The translations under genes were made by a program, and so were the position numbers. A stretch of 64,000 bases of DNA, from positions 1,578,295-1,642,294 of the forward strand of contig OZ238266.1 of the NCBI GenBank assembly GCA_965178655.1, written 5' to 3'. This DNA is from Flavobacteriaceae bacterium. GTDB lineage: Bacteria; Bacteroidota; Bacteroidia; Flavobacteriales; Flavobacteriaceae. Under the pieces are notes generated by a model that saw nothing but the letters and a program-made list of their open reading frames with translations, was not told the DNA's origin and searched no databases. This document shows, one piece after another, positions 17,588-25,493 of the stretch (within the stretch, counting starts at the first letter, position 1; each line of letters opens with the position of its first letter).

Positions 17588-20317
17588 ATGGACAAGTATT
17601 CCTTTTTAAACGCAGCACATACAGCACACTTTGCGGCTCTGTATGATCAGTATTTAGTAAATCCAGATAGTGTAGAACCAAGTTGGAGAGCATTTTTTCA
17701 AGGTTATGATTTTGGTACAGAAACATTTACTGAAGATGCGCAAATAGCAACAATCCCTGAAAATGTATTAAAAGAGTTTCAGGTAGTAAAATTAATAGAT
17801 GGCTATAGAACACGTGGTCACTTGTTTACCAAAACAAACCCTGTTCGTAATAGACGACAATATAAACCAACCCTTGCATTAGAGAACTTTGGATTATCAA
17901 AATCTGATTTATCTGAAACATTTGATGCAGGATCTATTCTTGGTTTAGGCAAAACAAGCCTGTCAGAAATTATTAAACATTTAGAAGCTATTTACTGCGA
18001 TTCAACAGGTGTTGAGTACATGTATATCAGAAATCCAGAAGAAATTAAATGGATTCAAAACTGGCTAAATGTTAATGATAATTCTCCAAAATTTTCTGGA
18101 GAAGAAAAGAAAAACATCCTTAAAAAATTAAATCAAGCAGTTTCTTTTGAAACTTTTATGCACTCAAAATATGTAGGGCAAAAACGTTTTTCAGTAGAAG
18201 GTAATGAAACTTTAATACCCGGGTTAAATCACTTAATGGAAACCGCAACAAACAAAGGCGTTAGTCAGTTTGTAGTTGGAATGGCACACCGTGGCCGATT
18301 AAATGTATTGGCCAATATTTTTGGAAAATCTGCAGAAAACATTTTCTCAGAATTTGATAGTAAAGAATATGCAGAAGACGAACTTTTTGATGGAGATGTA
18401 AAATACCATATGGGTTGGACATCTTACCAAGAAGCCGATTCAGGAAAAATGGTTCGTATGGATTTGGCTCCAAACCCATCACACCTAGAAACAGTAAATA
18501 CTGTTGTAGAAGGAATTTGTAGAGCAAAAATAGATAATGAACTAAAAGGTAATGAAAAAGAAATATTACCTATACTAATTCACGGAGATGCTGCAATAGC
18601 CGGACAAGGTGTTGTGTATGAAACCATACAAATGGCACAGCTTGACGGATATAAAGTAGGTGGAACAATACATGTGGTTGTTAACAATCAAGTAGGGTTT
18701 ACCACTAACTATTTAGATGCACGTTCAAGTACGTATTGTACAGATATCGGAAAAGTAACCCTATCTCCAGTATTGCATGTAAATGCAGACGATGTAGAGG
18801 CAGTATGCCACGCATTTAGTTTTGCATTGGCGTTTAGAACACAGTTTGGTAGAGATGTGTTTATTGACTTGTTAGGATTCCGTAAATACGGACATAATGA
18901 AGGAGATGAACCGCGATTTACACAACCAAAACTATATAAATCAATTGCAAAGCACGCCAATCAGCGTGATATTTATGCAGAGAGATTATTAGCAGAAGGT
19001 ATTATTGAGCAAGGCTATGTAAAACAACTTGAAAAAGAGTATAAAGACTCTTTAGAAATAGGATTAGAAGCCTCTAGAAAAAAAGATAAAACCATTGTTA
19101 CCGAAATAATGGCAGCAGACTGGAAAGACTATACACTAGGTAAACTAGAAGATATTCAAGCGCCAGTTGATACTACATATAACAAAGAAAAATTAGATAA
19201 ACTTGCCGAAGGTATTACAAAGTTACCATCAGATAAAAAGTTTATCCGAAAAATAGAACGCATTATAGCCGATAGAAATAAACGTTATTTTGAAACCGAT
19301 ACCCTTGATTGGGCTATGGGAGAACTATTGGCATACGGAACCCTAATGGAAGAAGGTTACAATGTGCGTATTTCTGGGCAAGATGTAGAGCGAGGAACAT
19401 TCTCTCACCGTCATGCTATTGTAAAAACAGAAGAAGTAGAAGAGATTAACCTGCATAATACATTAGGATTAAAAGGTAATTTTGATATCTATAACTCACT
19501 ATTATCAGAATACGGAGTTGTTGGTTTTGATTATGGATACGCTATGGCAAGTCCAAAAACACTAACCATTTGGGAAGCACAATTCGGAGATTTTAGTAAT
19601 GGTGCACAGATTATGTTAGACCAATATATTTCTGCAGCAGAGTCTAAATGGAAAGTGCAAAACGGACTGGTAATGTTATTACCTCACGGATATGAATTTC
19701 AAGGTTCTGAACACTCTTCAGCACGTATGGAACGCTATCTGCAATTGTGCTCTAACTATAATATGATTGTAGCAGATTGTACTACACCAGCAAATATATA
19801 TCACCTATTAAGGCGACAAATGAAATGGAATTTCAGAAAGCCACTAATAGTGTTTACGCCAAAAAGTTTATTGCGTAACCCGTTAGCAGTTTCTACTAAA
19901 GACGAACTATTAAATGGTCGTTTTCAAGAAGTTATAGATGATGCTACAGTAAATAAAAACAACGTAAAATCATTGGTATTCTGTACGGGTAAGTTTTACT
20001 ATGATTTATTAGAAGAACGTACCGCAAACGGAAGAGAAGATGTTGCCCTAGTGCGTATAGAACAATTGTTCCCTCTACCGCAAAAAGAGTTAGATGCCAT
20101 TATTGCAAGCTACCCTAATGTAACCGATTACGTATGGGCACAAGAAGAGCCTAAAAACATGGGTGCTTACGGATATATGCTAATGAATTTTGAATCGGTA
20201 AAATTCCGTTGTGCATCAAGAAACGTGCATAGTGCTCCGGCAGCAGGAAGCTCAACGCGTTCTAAAGCAAGACACAAAAAAGTAATACAGAGTGTATTTA
20301 ATACACCAAAACAATAA
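17588..20317 (+). CDS. sucA: 2-oxoglutarate dehydrogenase E1 component
   Basis: MDKYSFLNAAHTAHFAALYDQYL N-terminus and HGDAAIAGQGVVYE ThDP region, about 910 aa. Start moved to ATG 17588, 17 codons inside the track ORF. Confidence 0.95.
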   Translation: MDKYSFLNAAHTAHFAALYDQYLVNPDSVEPSWRAFFQGYDFGTETFTEDAQIATIPENVLKEFQVVKLIDGYRTRGHLFTKTNPVRNRRQYKPTLALENFGLSKSDLSETFDAGSILGLGKTSLSEIIKHLEAIYCDSTGVEYMYIRNPEEIKWIQNWLNVNDNSPKFSGEEKKNILKKLNQAVSFETFMHSKYVGQKRFSVEGNETLIPGLNHLMETATNKGVSQFVVGMAHRGRLNVLANIFGKSAENIFSEFDSKEYAEDELFDGDVKYHMGWTSYQEADSGKMVRMDLAPNPSHLETVNTVVEGICRAKIDNELKGNEKEILPILIHGDAAIAGQGVVYETIQMAQLDGYKVGGTIHVVVNNQVGFTTNYLDARSSTYCTDIGKVTLSPVLHVNADDVEAVCHAFSFALAFRTQFGRDVFIDLLGFRKYGHNEGDEPRFTQPKLYKSIAKHANQRDIYAERLLAEGIIEQGYVKQLEKEYKDSLEIGLEASRKKDKTIVTEIMAADWKDYTLGKLEDIQAPVDTTYNKEKLDKLAEGITKLPSDKKFIRKIERIIADRNKRYFETDTLDWAMGELLAYGTLMEEGYNVRISGQDVERGTFSHRHAIVKTEEVEEINLHNTLGLKGNFDIYNSLLSEYGVVGFDYGYAMASPKTLTIWEAQFGDFSNGAQIMLDQYISAAESKWKVQNGLVMLLPHGYEFQGSEHSSARMERYLQLCSNYNMIVADCTTPANIYHLLRRQMKWNFRKPLIVFTPKSLLRNPLAVSTKDELLNGRFQEVIDDATVNKNNVKSLVFCTGKFYYDLLEERTANGREDVALVRIEQLFPLPQKELDAIIASYPNVTDYVWAQEEPKNMGAYGYMLMNFESVKFRCASRNVHSAPAAGSSTRSKARHKKVIQSVFNTPKQ

Positions 20318-20348
20318 TAAATAAAAACAGACTAAACATTATATAGTT

Positions 20349-21557
20349 ATGATTTTAGAAATGAAAGTACCTTCACCAGGTGAATCAATTACAGAAGTAG
20401 AAATTGCAGAATGGCTAGTAGAAGACGGCGATTATGTTGAAAAAGACCAAGCAATTGCTGAAGTAGATTCCGACAAAGCAACCCTAGAATTACCTGCAGA
20501 AATGAGTGGTATTATTTCCCTAAAAGCAGAAGAAGGCGATGCCGTTGCCGTAGGTGAGGTAGTATGTTTAATAGATACAAGCGCCAAAGCTCCAGAAGGT
20601 AATAAGCCAGCTGAAGCAGCACCAAAAGCTGTAGAGAAGCCAGCAGCAACACCTGCGCCATCAGCTCCTAAAACAAGCTATGCTACAGGAACACCATCTC
20701 CAGCAGCTAAGAAAATCTTAGATGAAAAAGGAATGGACGCTACTGCAGTAACTGGTACCGGACGCGATGGTAGAGTAACCAAAGAAGATGCTGTAAAAGC
20801 AGTACCAGCAATGGGAACACCAACAGGAGGTTCTCGTGGTACTGGGCGTAAAAAAATGTCTATGTTACGCCGTAAGGTTGCAGAGCGTTTGGTAGAAGCA
20901 AAAAATACTACCGCAATGTTAACTACTTTTAACGAAGTAGATATGCAACCAATATTTAACTTACGTAGCGAATATAAAGAAACGTTTAAGACCAAACACG
21001 GTGTTGGATTAGGATTTATGTCATTCTTTTCAAAAGCAGTTGTAAGAGCATTAGAATTATACCCTGATGTTAACTCTATGATTGATGGTAAAGAAATGAT
21101 TACCTATGATTACTGCGACATTTCTATTGCTGTTTCTGGACCAAAAGGATTGATGGTACCCGTAATGCGTAACGCCGAAATGTTAACCTTTAGAGGTATA
21201 GAAGCCGAAATAAAACGATTGGCTATTAGAGCAAGAGACGGACAAATTACAGTTGATGATATGACAGGAGGAACCTTTACCATTTCTAACGGAGGGGTAT
21301 TTGGATCTATGATGTCTACACCAATTATTAACCCACCACAGTCTGGTATTTTAGGAATGCACAATATTATTAACCGCCCAGTTGTTGTAGATGGCGAAAT
21401 TGTAGCACGACCAATGATGTACCTTGCATTATCTTACGACCATAGAATTATTGATGGTAAAGAATCTGTAGGCTTTTTAGTAGCAATTAAAGAAGCATTA
21501 GAAAACCCGGTAGAACTATTGATGGATAACGATGTTAAAAAAGCATTAGAACTTTAA
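20349..21557 (+). CDS. sucB: Dihydrolipoyllysine-residue succinyltransferase (E2 of 2-oxoglutarate dehydrogenase)
   Basis: Lipoyl domain [13 protein letters not shown], an Ala/Pro linker, an E3-binding segment, catalytic [10 protein letters not shown]. Confidence 0.95.
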   Translation: MILEMKVPSPGESITEVEIAEWLVEDGDYVEKDQAIAEVDSDKATLELPAEMSGIISLKAEEGDAVAVGEVVCLIDTSAKAPEGNKPAEAAPKAVEKPAATPAPSAPKTSYATGTPSPAAKKILDEKGMDATAVTGTGRDGRVTKEDAVKAVPAMGTPTGGSRGTGRKKMSMLRRKVAERLVEAKNTTAMLTTFNEVDMQPIFNLRSEYKETFKTKHGVGLGFMSFFSKAVVRALELYPDVNSMIDGKEMITYDYCDISIAVSGPKGLMVPVMRNAEMLTFRGIEAEIKRLAIRARDGQITVDDMTGGTFTISNGGVFGSMMSTPIINPPQSGILGMHNIINRPVVVDGEIVARPMMYLALSYDHRIIDGKESVGFLVAIKEALENPVELLMDNDVKKALEL

Positions 21558-21582
21558 TATTTAAACACTTAGTTTATAAGAA

Positions 21583-21608
21583 AGCCCTTGAGAAATCAAG
21601 GGCTTTTA
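21583..21608 (+). terminator. sucB terminator hairpin
   Basis: AGCCCTTGA-gaaa-TCAAGGGCT followed by TTTT. Overlaps the stop codon of the convergent ORF 21606..21905. Confidence 0.7.
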
Positions 21609-21905
21609 TTGTTGTAGGGTTTTTATTTCGTTTTCATATTCCGTTTGCTCTGGTGGGTAGTCCATTTTCACTCTTCTAATTATTTCTTCTCGATTATGAG
21701 CCCATTCAGGGTATTCAGTCCACTTTTTCTCATTTTTGAAATATATAACATTGAGCATTTTTCCAACAAGAATTTCTCTACTTATTTCAATTTTTTCCCA
21801 TTCGTTATTTATCTTCTCTTCATAATAGATTGAATCTCTTCCTAAAGGTCGGGTTCTCCATTTTCGTTTATTTTCTTTGATTTTACAGAGTTGGAATCGA
21901 ATCAA
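21606..21905 (-). CDS. Hypothetical small protein (99 aa), possibly 5'-truncated
   Basis: E/K/W-rich ORF. The only start at the 5' end is TTG, and the first ATG is 48 codons in. No family recognised. Confidence 0.4.
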   Translation of the reverse strand: MIRFQLCKIKENKRKWRTRPLGRDSIYYEEKINNEWEKIEISREILVGKMLNVIYFKNEKKWTEYPEWAHNREEIIRRVKMDYPPEQTEYENEIKTLQQ

Positions 21906-21998
21906 AAACCAAAAAAAGATAGGTTCTATAGAATAGGTGTTGGTTTTCCAGAATTAGTATATTTAGGAGGAGGAATACGGTTTTAATTTTTTGTCAAT

Positions 21999-22673
21999 TT
22001 AATTACATTTCGTGTTATAATATTCTACTATCTCAATAAGTCTTTTTTTCTTAAAATCATCATTGTCAATTTTGTTAATCAATTCGGTGCAATCTAAGAA
22101 GTATCTCTTTGCTGTTTTCTTAAAACTCTTAAAGATATTTACAAAGAACTCATTGCTAGCTATTTTTTCATCCTCTCTTTTTATGTACATATTTACGTAT
22201 TCATACGAATAATTATTCCCCCAATTTCCTGTATGCGTATTGAAAGTACTATTATTGACTCGAGATATAGCTTCATAAACTATAACCTTACCCTCTGCTA
22301 AAACCTTTAGTAGTTGTATCTTTTTTTTAGAGGTATAAACAGTAGCGTATTTTTCAACTTTTTTATCATTTTTAGTAATTGTAAATGAGGAAAAATCTTC
22401 TTTCTTATATTTTTTATTTTCTCCTTTTTTAGTCTTTTTATAAAAAACCTTATTTGTTTTGCTTCCAAGACCTGCCATTCCTTTGGTGGCACTCTCAAAC
22501 TTAAGCCATCCATTTAGTGTATCTCCACTATGGAGAACTAAATCGCCTTTATGCCATTTATTCGAAAATGTTCCATTTTTGCCAAAACTAATTTGAGAAT
22601 AAGTGTTGTTTGAAAAAAACACTAGTAGCCCTGTTGTTAACAAAGTTTTGATTCCAATTTTCATTCTGTGCAT
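21999..22673 (-). CDS. Secreted Lys-rich hypothetical protein (224 aa)
   Basis: Signal peptide ..LLVFFSNNTYSQ. ATG lies 23 nt downstream (minus sense) of repeat copy A. Confidence 0.6.
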   Translation of the reverse strand: MHRMKIGIKTLLTTGLLVFFSNNTYSQISFGKNGTFSNKWHKGDLVLHSGDTLNGWLKFESATKGMAGLGSKTNKVFYKKTKKGENKKYKKEDFSSFTITKNDKKVEKYATVYTSKKKIQLLKVLAEGKVIVYEAISRVNNSTFNTHTGNWGNNYSYEYVNMYIKREDEKIASNEFFVNIFKSFKKTAKRYFLDCTELINKIDNDDFKKKRLIEIVEYYNTKCN

Positions 22674-22696
22674 TTTTTAGGTTTAATTACTTATAT

Positions 22697-22825
22697 CGTG
22701 TTCGTGTATGGTTTGTTGCAGTTTTCAGGCTCTAAGTTAATAAATTAAGCTTTATCAGAGAAAATTCCAACGGAATTTTCGCAAGTGATTACTGTTTTAA
22801 GTAATTAATTATACACCGTGTTGGC
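22697..22825. repeat. Islet repeat copy A (~129 nt, structured)
   Basis: CGTGTTCGTGTATGGTTTGTTGC...GAAAATTCCaacGGAATTTTC...GTAATTAATTATACACCGTGTTGGC. About 6 mismatches to copy C over the first ~113 nt (hand alignment). Confidence 0.9.
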
Positions 22826-22862
22826 ATTAGTTATTGAATTTTTAATAAAAAAATAACATTTT

Positions 22863-22898
22863 GACGTAACGTCGTTTCGTTTATTTCGTTTACATTTG
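22863..22898 (+). promoter_or_regulatory. Candidate promoter/operator of the HTH-PIN operon
   Basis: Palindrome GACGTaACGTC (22863..22873), perfect tandem TTTCGTTTA x2 (22875..22892) and a Bacteroidetes-type -7 box TAcaTTTG (22891..22898). The ATG lies 27 nt downstream. Confidence 0.4.
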
Positions 22899-22924
22899 TA
22901 GTAACTGATGAAAACTTAAACAAA

Positions 22925-23380
22925 ATGGAATACTTTAACGACATAAAAAAACCTTCTAAAAAAGAGCAGATTGCTGCAATGGAATCATATAATGCTCTTG
23001 CTGCAACATTGGAAGAATTGCGTTCCGAAAACCCTGAAATAGAAATTGAGGAAACTTCTGAAAAGATTAAGATTCCTTTGAAGGCTCTTAAACTTTTAGC
23101 AAAAATGTTAAAGGCCACTAGTCAAGGTAAGCCGATTTCTTTAGTACCTATTGCGACTGAAATGACTACTCAAGCAGCAGCTGAGTTATTGGGTTGTTCG
23201 AGACCTCATTTTGTTAAATTACTTGAGAAAGGAAATATTCCTTTTACAATGGTTGGAAGGCATCGTAGGGTTAAATTTCAAGATGTAATGAAATATAAGA
23301 AAGAAATGAAATTGAAGCAGGAACAACACCTTATAGATTTAATGAAGTCTGATGAAGAATTAGGGTTATATGATTCATAG
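22925..23380 (+). CDS. Excisionase-type helix-turn-helix DNA-binding protein (putative antitoxin)
   Basis: C-terminal MTTQAAAELLGCSRPHFVKLLEKGNIPFTMVGRHRRVKFQDV resembles HTH_17/excisionase domains. 11-nt overlap with the PIN gene. Confidence 0.75.
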   Translation: MEYFNDIKKPSKKEQIAAMESYNALAATLEELRSENPEIEIEETSEKIKIPLKALKLLAKMLKATSQGKPISLVPIATEMTTQAAAELLGCSRPHFVKLLEKGNIPFTMVGRHRRVKFQDVMKYKKEMKLKQEQHLIDLMKSDEELGLYDS

Positions 23381-23933
23381 CGTACGTTTTACTTGTGTTC
23401 TTGACACTAATATTATTTATCCAATAGAAATCAGAGATTTATTGTTTTGGTTTGCACATTTTGATTTATTTACACCTAAATGGAGTAATCATATTTTTGA
23501 TGAATGGCAAGATGTGATGGATAGAAAAGGAGTAACAGAAGAAGAAATTAAGAAAAGAACCAATGTTGCAAATTTAGCCTTTCCAGATGCGCTTGTAATA
23601 AATTATGAGCCATTGATTGAAGGATTAACCTTGCCTGATGAAAAGGATAGACACGTACTTGCAGCTGCAATTAAAACAAATGCAAATGTAATTGTCACAA
23701 ACAATTTAAAAGATTTTCCAAAAGAATATTTGGCGTCTTTCGGATTAGTCGCAAAATCTGCTGATGATTTTATTGCAGATATAATTGATTTGAATCACGA
23801 AAAGGCGATAGAAGCTTTTAAAAAATTAGTCTTAAACAGAAGAAATCCAGATTTAGATGAGTACGAAGTTTTAGATAATTTAAGGAAGAATGGATTAAAT
23901 GACGCAGCTAATTACTTACATTCTTTGATTTAG
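23370..23933 (+). CDS. PIN-domain ribonuclease (putative toxin)
   Basis: VLDTNIIY, DEKDRHVLAAAI and VTNNLKDF occur in the order expected for PIN acidic residues. Translationally coupled to the upstream HTH gene. Confidence 0.75.
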   Translation: MIHSVRFTCVLDTNIIYPIEIRDLLFWFAHFDLFTPKWSNHIFDEWQDVMDRKGVTEEEIKKRTNVANLAFPDALVINYEPLIEGLTLPDEKDRHVLAAAIKTNANVIVTNNLKDFPKEYLASFGLVAKSADDFIADIIDLNHEKAIEAFKKLVLNRRNPDLDEYEVLDNLRKNGLNDAANYLHSLI

Positions 23934-23948
23934 CTGAATGTATTCCAT

Positions 23949-24076
23949 CGTGTTCATGTATGGTTTCTTGCGTTTTTAACGCTCTAAGTTAGCAAATAAA
24001 TCACAGATAGAAAGTCCGCGAGGACTTTCGTAAGTAAGCTAGAAATTAGCAATTAATTTTATACGGTGTTGTAAGC
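23949..24076. repeat. Islet repeat copy B (divergent copy)
   Basis: Left block matches copy C at 41/45 nt. The central hairpin is GAAAGTCCgcgaGGACTTTC. The right block is AGCAATTAATTTTATACGGTGTTGTAAGC. Its last ~18 nt encode the C-terminus and stop of the minus-strand nuclease gene. Confidence 0.85.
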
Positions 24077-24781
24077 TGGCTTTTCTATCCACTTTTTGAT
24101 TTCAGCCACAATTATATCTGTATTTTCATTAACGTCTTTTCCTGTATATCTTAAAACTTGAAATCCTAATTCTTGAAGTTTTCTGTCAATTCGTTTATCT
24201 CGTTGAGCTTGTTCTTCAGTTCTTTCGTGATATGTATGTCCATCTGTATAAACGCACAATTTCACGTCTCTTTTCTCGATATAAAAGTCCGCAACAGTTA
24301 GTACTTCTTTAAAGTTGTTTTTCGGATTGTTATATGATTTTCCTGCGATTGAAATATTCTCGCCTTTCCAATTCAAAGGATATTGGGCTTCAAATCGAAT
24401 ATATTTTTTGTTTAATGCAAGAAATAATTTTCTTTCGAGAGGACTTTGTAAATCGAAAATACAAGTCAGACAATGGTTTGATAATTTATAATCACAATTT
24501 TGGCAAAGTTTATCTTCTGCATAATGTTTGTCAATTATGTTTGCTTTGTCATTCGTAATGTCTAATTTTTCGGCAGTCGTGGTTGATTCTATTAATTCCG
24601 AAATTTCGTCACGTAACTTTGTTAATTCCTTTAGTCCACAACGAATAGTTTTTTTCCAATTCTGTCCTTTTTCGGTTACAGAAATTAGATATTCGGTCGT
24701 TTCCTTTTCAGAATTATCATCGCTTATTAAATTCCGATATATTTTTTTGATTTTTTCAAATTCGATTGGGATTCTTGCCAT
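24059..24781 (-). CDS. Zn-ribbon plus DUF559/Vsr-like (restriction-endonuclease-fold) nuclease domain protein
   Basis: CQNC-x7-CLTC cluster, then SPLERKLFLALNKK...VADFYIEKRDVKLCVYTDGHTYHERTEEQAQRDKRIDRKLQELGFQVLRYTGKDV, the DUF559-type pattern. The N-terminal ~90 aa are helical with no recognised family. Confidence 0.7.
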   Translation of the reverse strand: MARIPIEFEKIKKIYRNLISDDNSEKETTEYLISVTEKGQNWKKTIRCGLKELTKLRDEISELIESTTTAEKLDITNDKANIIDKHYAEDKLCQNCDYKLSNHCLTCIFDLQSPLERKLFLALNKKYIRFEAQYPLNWKGENISIAGKSYNNPKNNFKEVLTVADFYIEKRDVKLCVYTDGHTYHERTEEQAQRDKRIDRKLQELGFQVLRYTGKDVNENTDIIVAEIKKWIEKPAYNTV

Positions 24782-24823
24782 AGTTTATTTTCAGTTATTG
24801 TCGTTTCTTTAGCTTGCTTACAA

Positions 24824-24952
24824 CGTGTTCGTGTATGGTTTGTTGCGTTTTTCACGCTCTAAGTTAGTAAATTAAGCTTTATCAGAGAAAATTCCAGCGG
24901 AATTTTCGCAAGTGATTACTGTTTTAAGCAATTAATTATATGCGTTGTTGCC
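24824..24952. repeat. Islet repeat copy C
   Basis: Near-identical to copy A. Hairpins GCGTtttttcACGC and GAAAATTCCagcGGAATTTTC (24887..24907). Ends ..GCAATTAATTATATGCGTTGTTGCC. Confidence 0.9.
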
Positions 24953-24977
24953 ATTTCGTTGTTTATCAGAGTTCTAT

Positions 24978-25247
24978 CTATTCTTGTTCGGTTCTATTTC
25001 CTCCAAACATTAAAATTTCTATTTTCTCAGTATCTCTATCTCCAACAGGATTAGTTATTCCGATATATAACTCAGTCGTTGCACTTTCTGTTTCTGCTAC
25101 TAATTCTGTTTCGTCAGAATATTTTTCAAGTAATTTTTTCAATTCGCCAACAGTATTTAGTTGTTTGATATTTTTAATAAATATGCTTTCTTTCATTTTA
25201 AACTTGTTTTTTAATTTTATTCCGCAATATTTAGATTCTGTATTCAT
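24978..25247 (-). CDS. Hypothetical small acidic protein (89 aa)
   Basis: ORF with an ATG start and an alternative ATG 17 codons in. No family recognised. Confidence 0.45.
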   Translation of the reverse strand: MNTESKYCGIKLKNKFKMKESIFIKNIKQLNTVGELKKLLEKYSDETELVAETESATTELYIGITNPVGDRDTEKIEILMFGGNRTEQE

Positions 25248-25280
25248 TTCAGTTTTCAGACTTGCTTAAATTCCTATTAA

Positions 25281-25493
25281 TTATTTTCTTTTTTTCTTGA
25301 CATCTCTAATTGTAAATAGCATTGCTGAAACCAAAAGTATATTTGATACAATTCCAGCAAAAGGTCCTTTTTCAAGATTATCAAAATCAAGTTCAAAAAT
25401 GTTATAAATCATAAGCACAATACTTGTAATAATAATTAAGTATATAAAATAAATTTTTTTCAATTTTGGTTCAGTTTGAGTTTGTTCAGCCAA
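25281..25493 (-). CDS. Hypothetical small two-TM membrane protein (70 aa)
   Basis: Two hydrophobic helices and a KKKRK tail. Only a TTG start is available. Preceded by a 15-nt fragment of the islet repeat. Confidence 0.35.
   Translation of the reverse strand: MAEQTQTEPKLKKIYFIYLIIITSIVLMIYNIFELDFDNLEKGPFAGIVSNILLVSAMLFTIRDVKKKRK

Noticed and set aside
17415-17726. A 103-aa minus-strand ORF overlapping the sucA leader and start
   Set aside because: The translation is Leu/Cys/Tyr-rich and low-complexity. It overlaps the well-supported sucA N-terminus, so it is probably spurious.
22831-23118. A 95-aa minus-strand ORF overlapping the HTH antitoxin gene. Plus-strand ORFs at 24334..24812 and 24940..25269 overlap the nuclease and small-ORF genes
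   Set aside because: They lie antisense to better-supported genes in a very AT-rich region, where long spurious ORFs are less expected but still occur. No motifs were seen. The plus-strand ORF 24940..25269 would start inside repeat C.
22697-24952. Interpretation of the 129-nt repeats as canonical integron attC sites or as a CRISPR array
   Set aside because: - attC: the ends do not fit RYYYAAC...GTTRRRY, and the left and right halves of the repeat are not extensively complementary.
- CRISPR: the repeats are 129 nt long and lie 1 to 2 kb apart with genes between them, and no cas genes are present.

The elements are kept as a cassette-like repeat of unknown mechanism.
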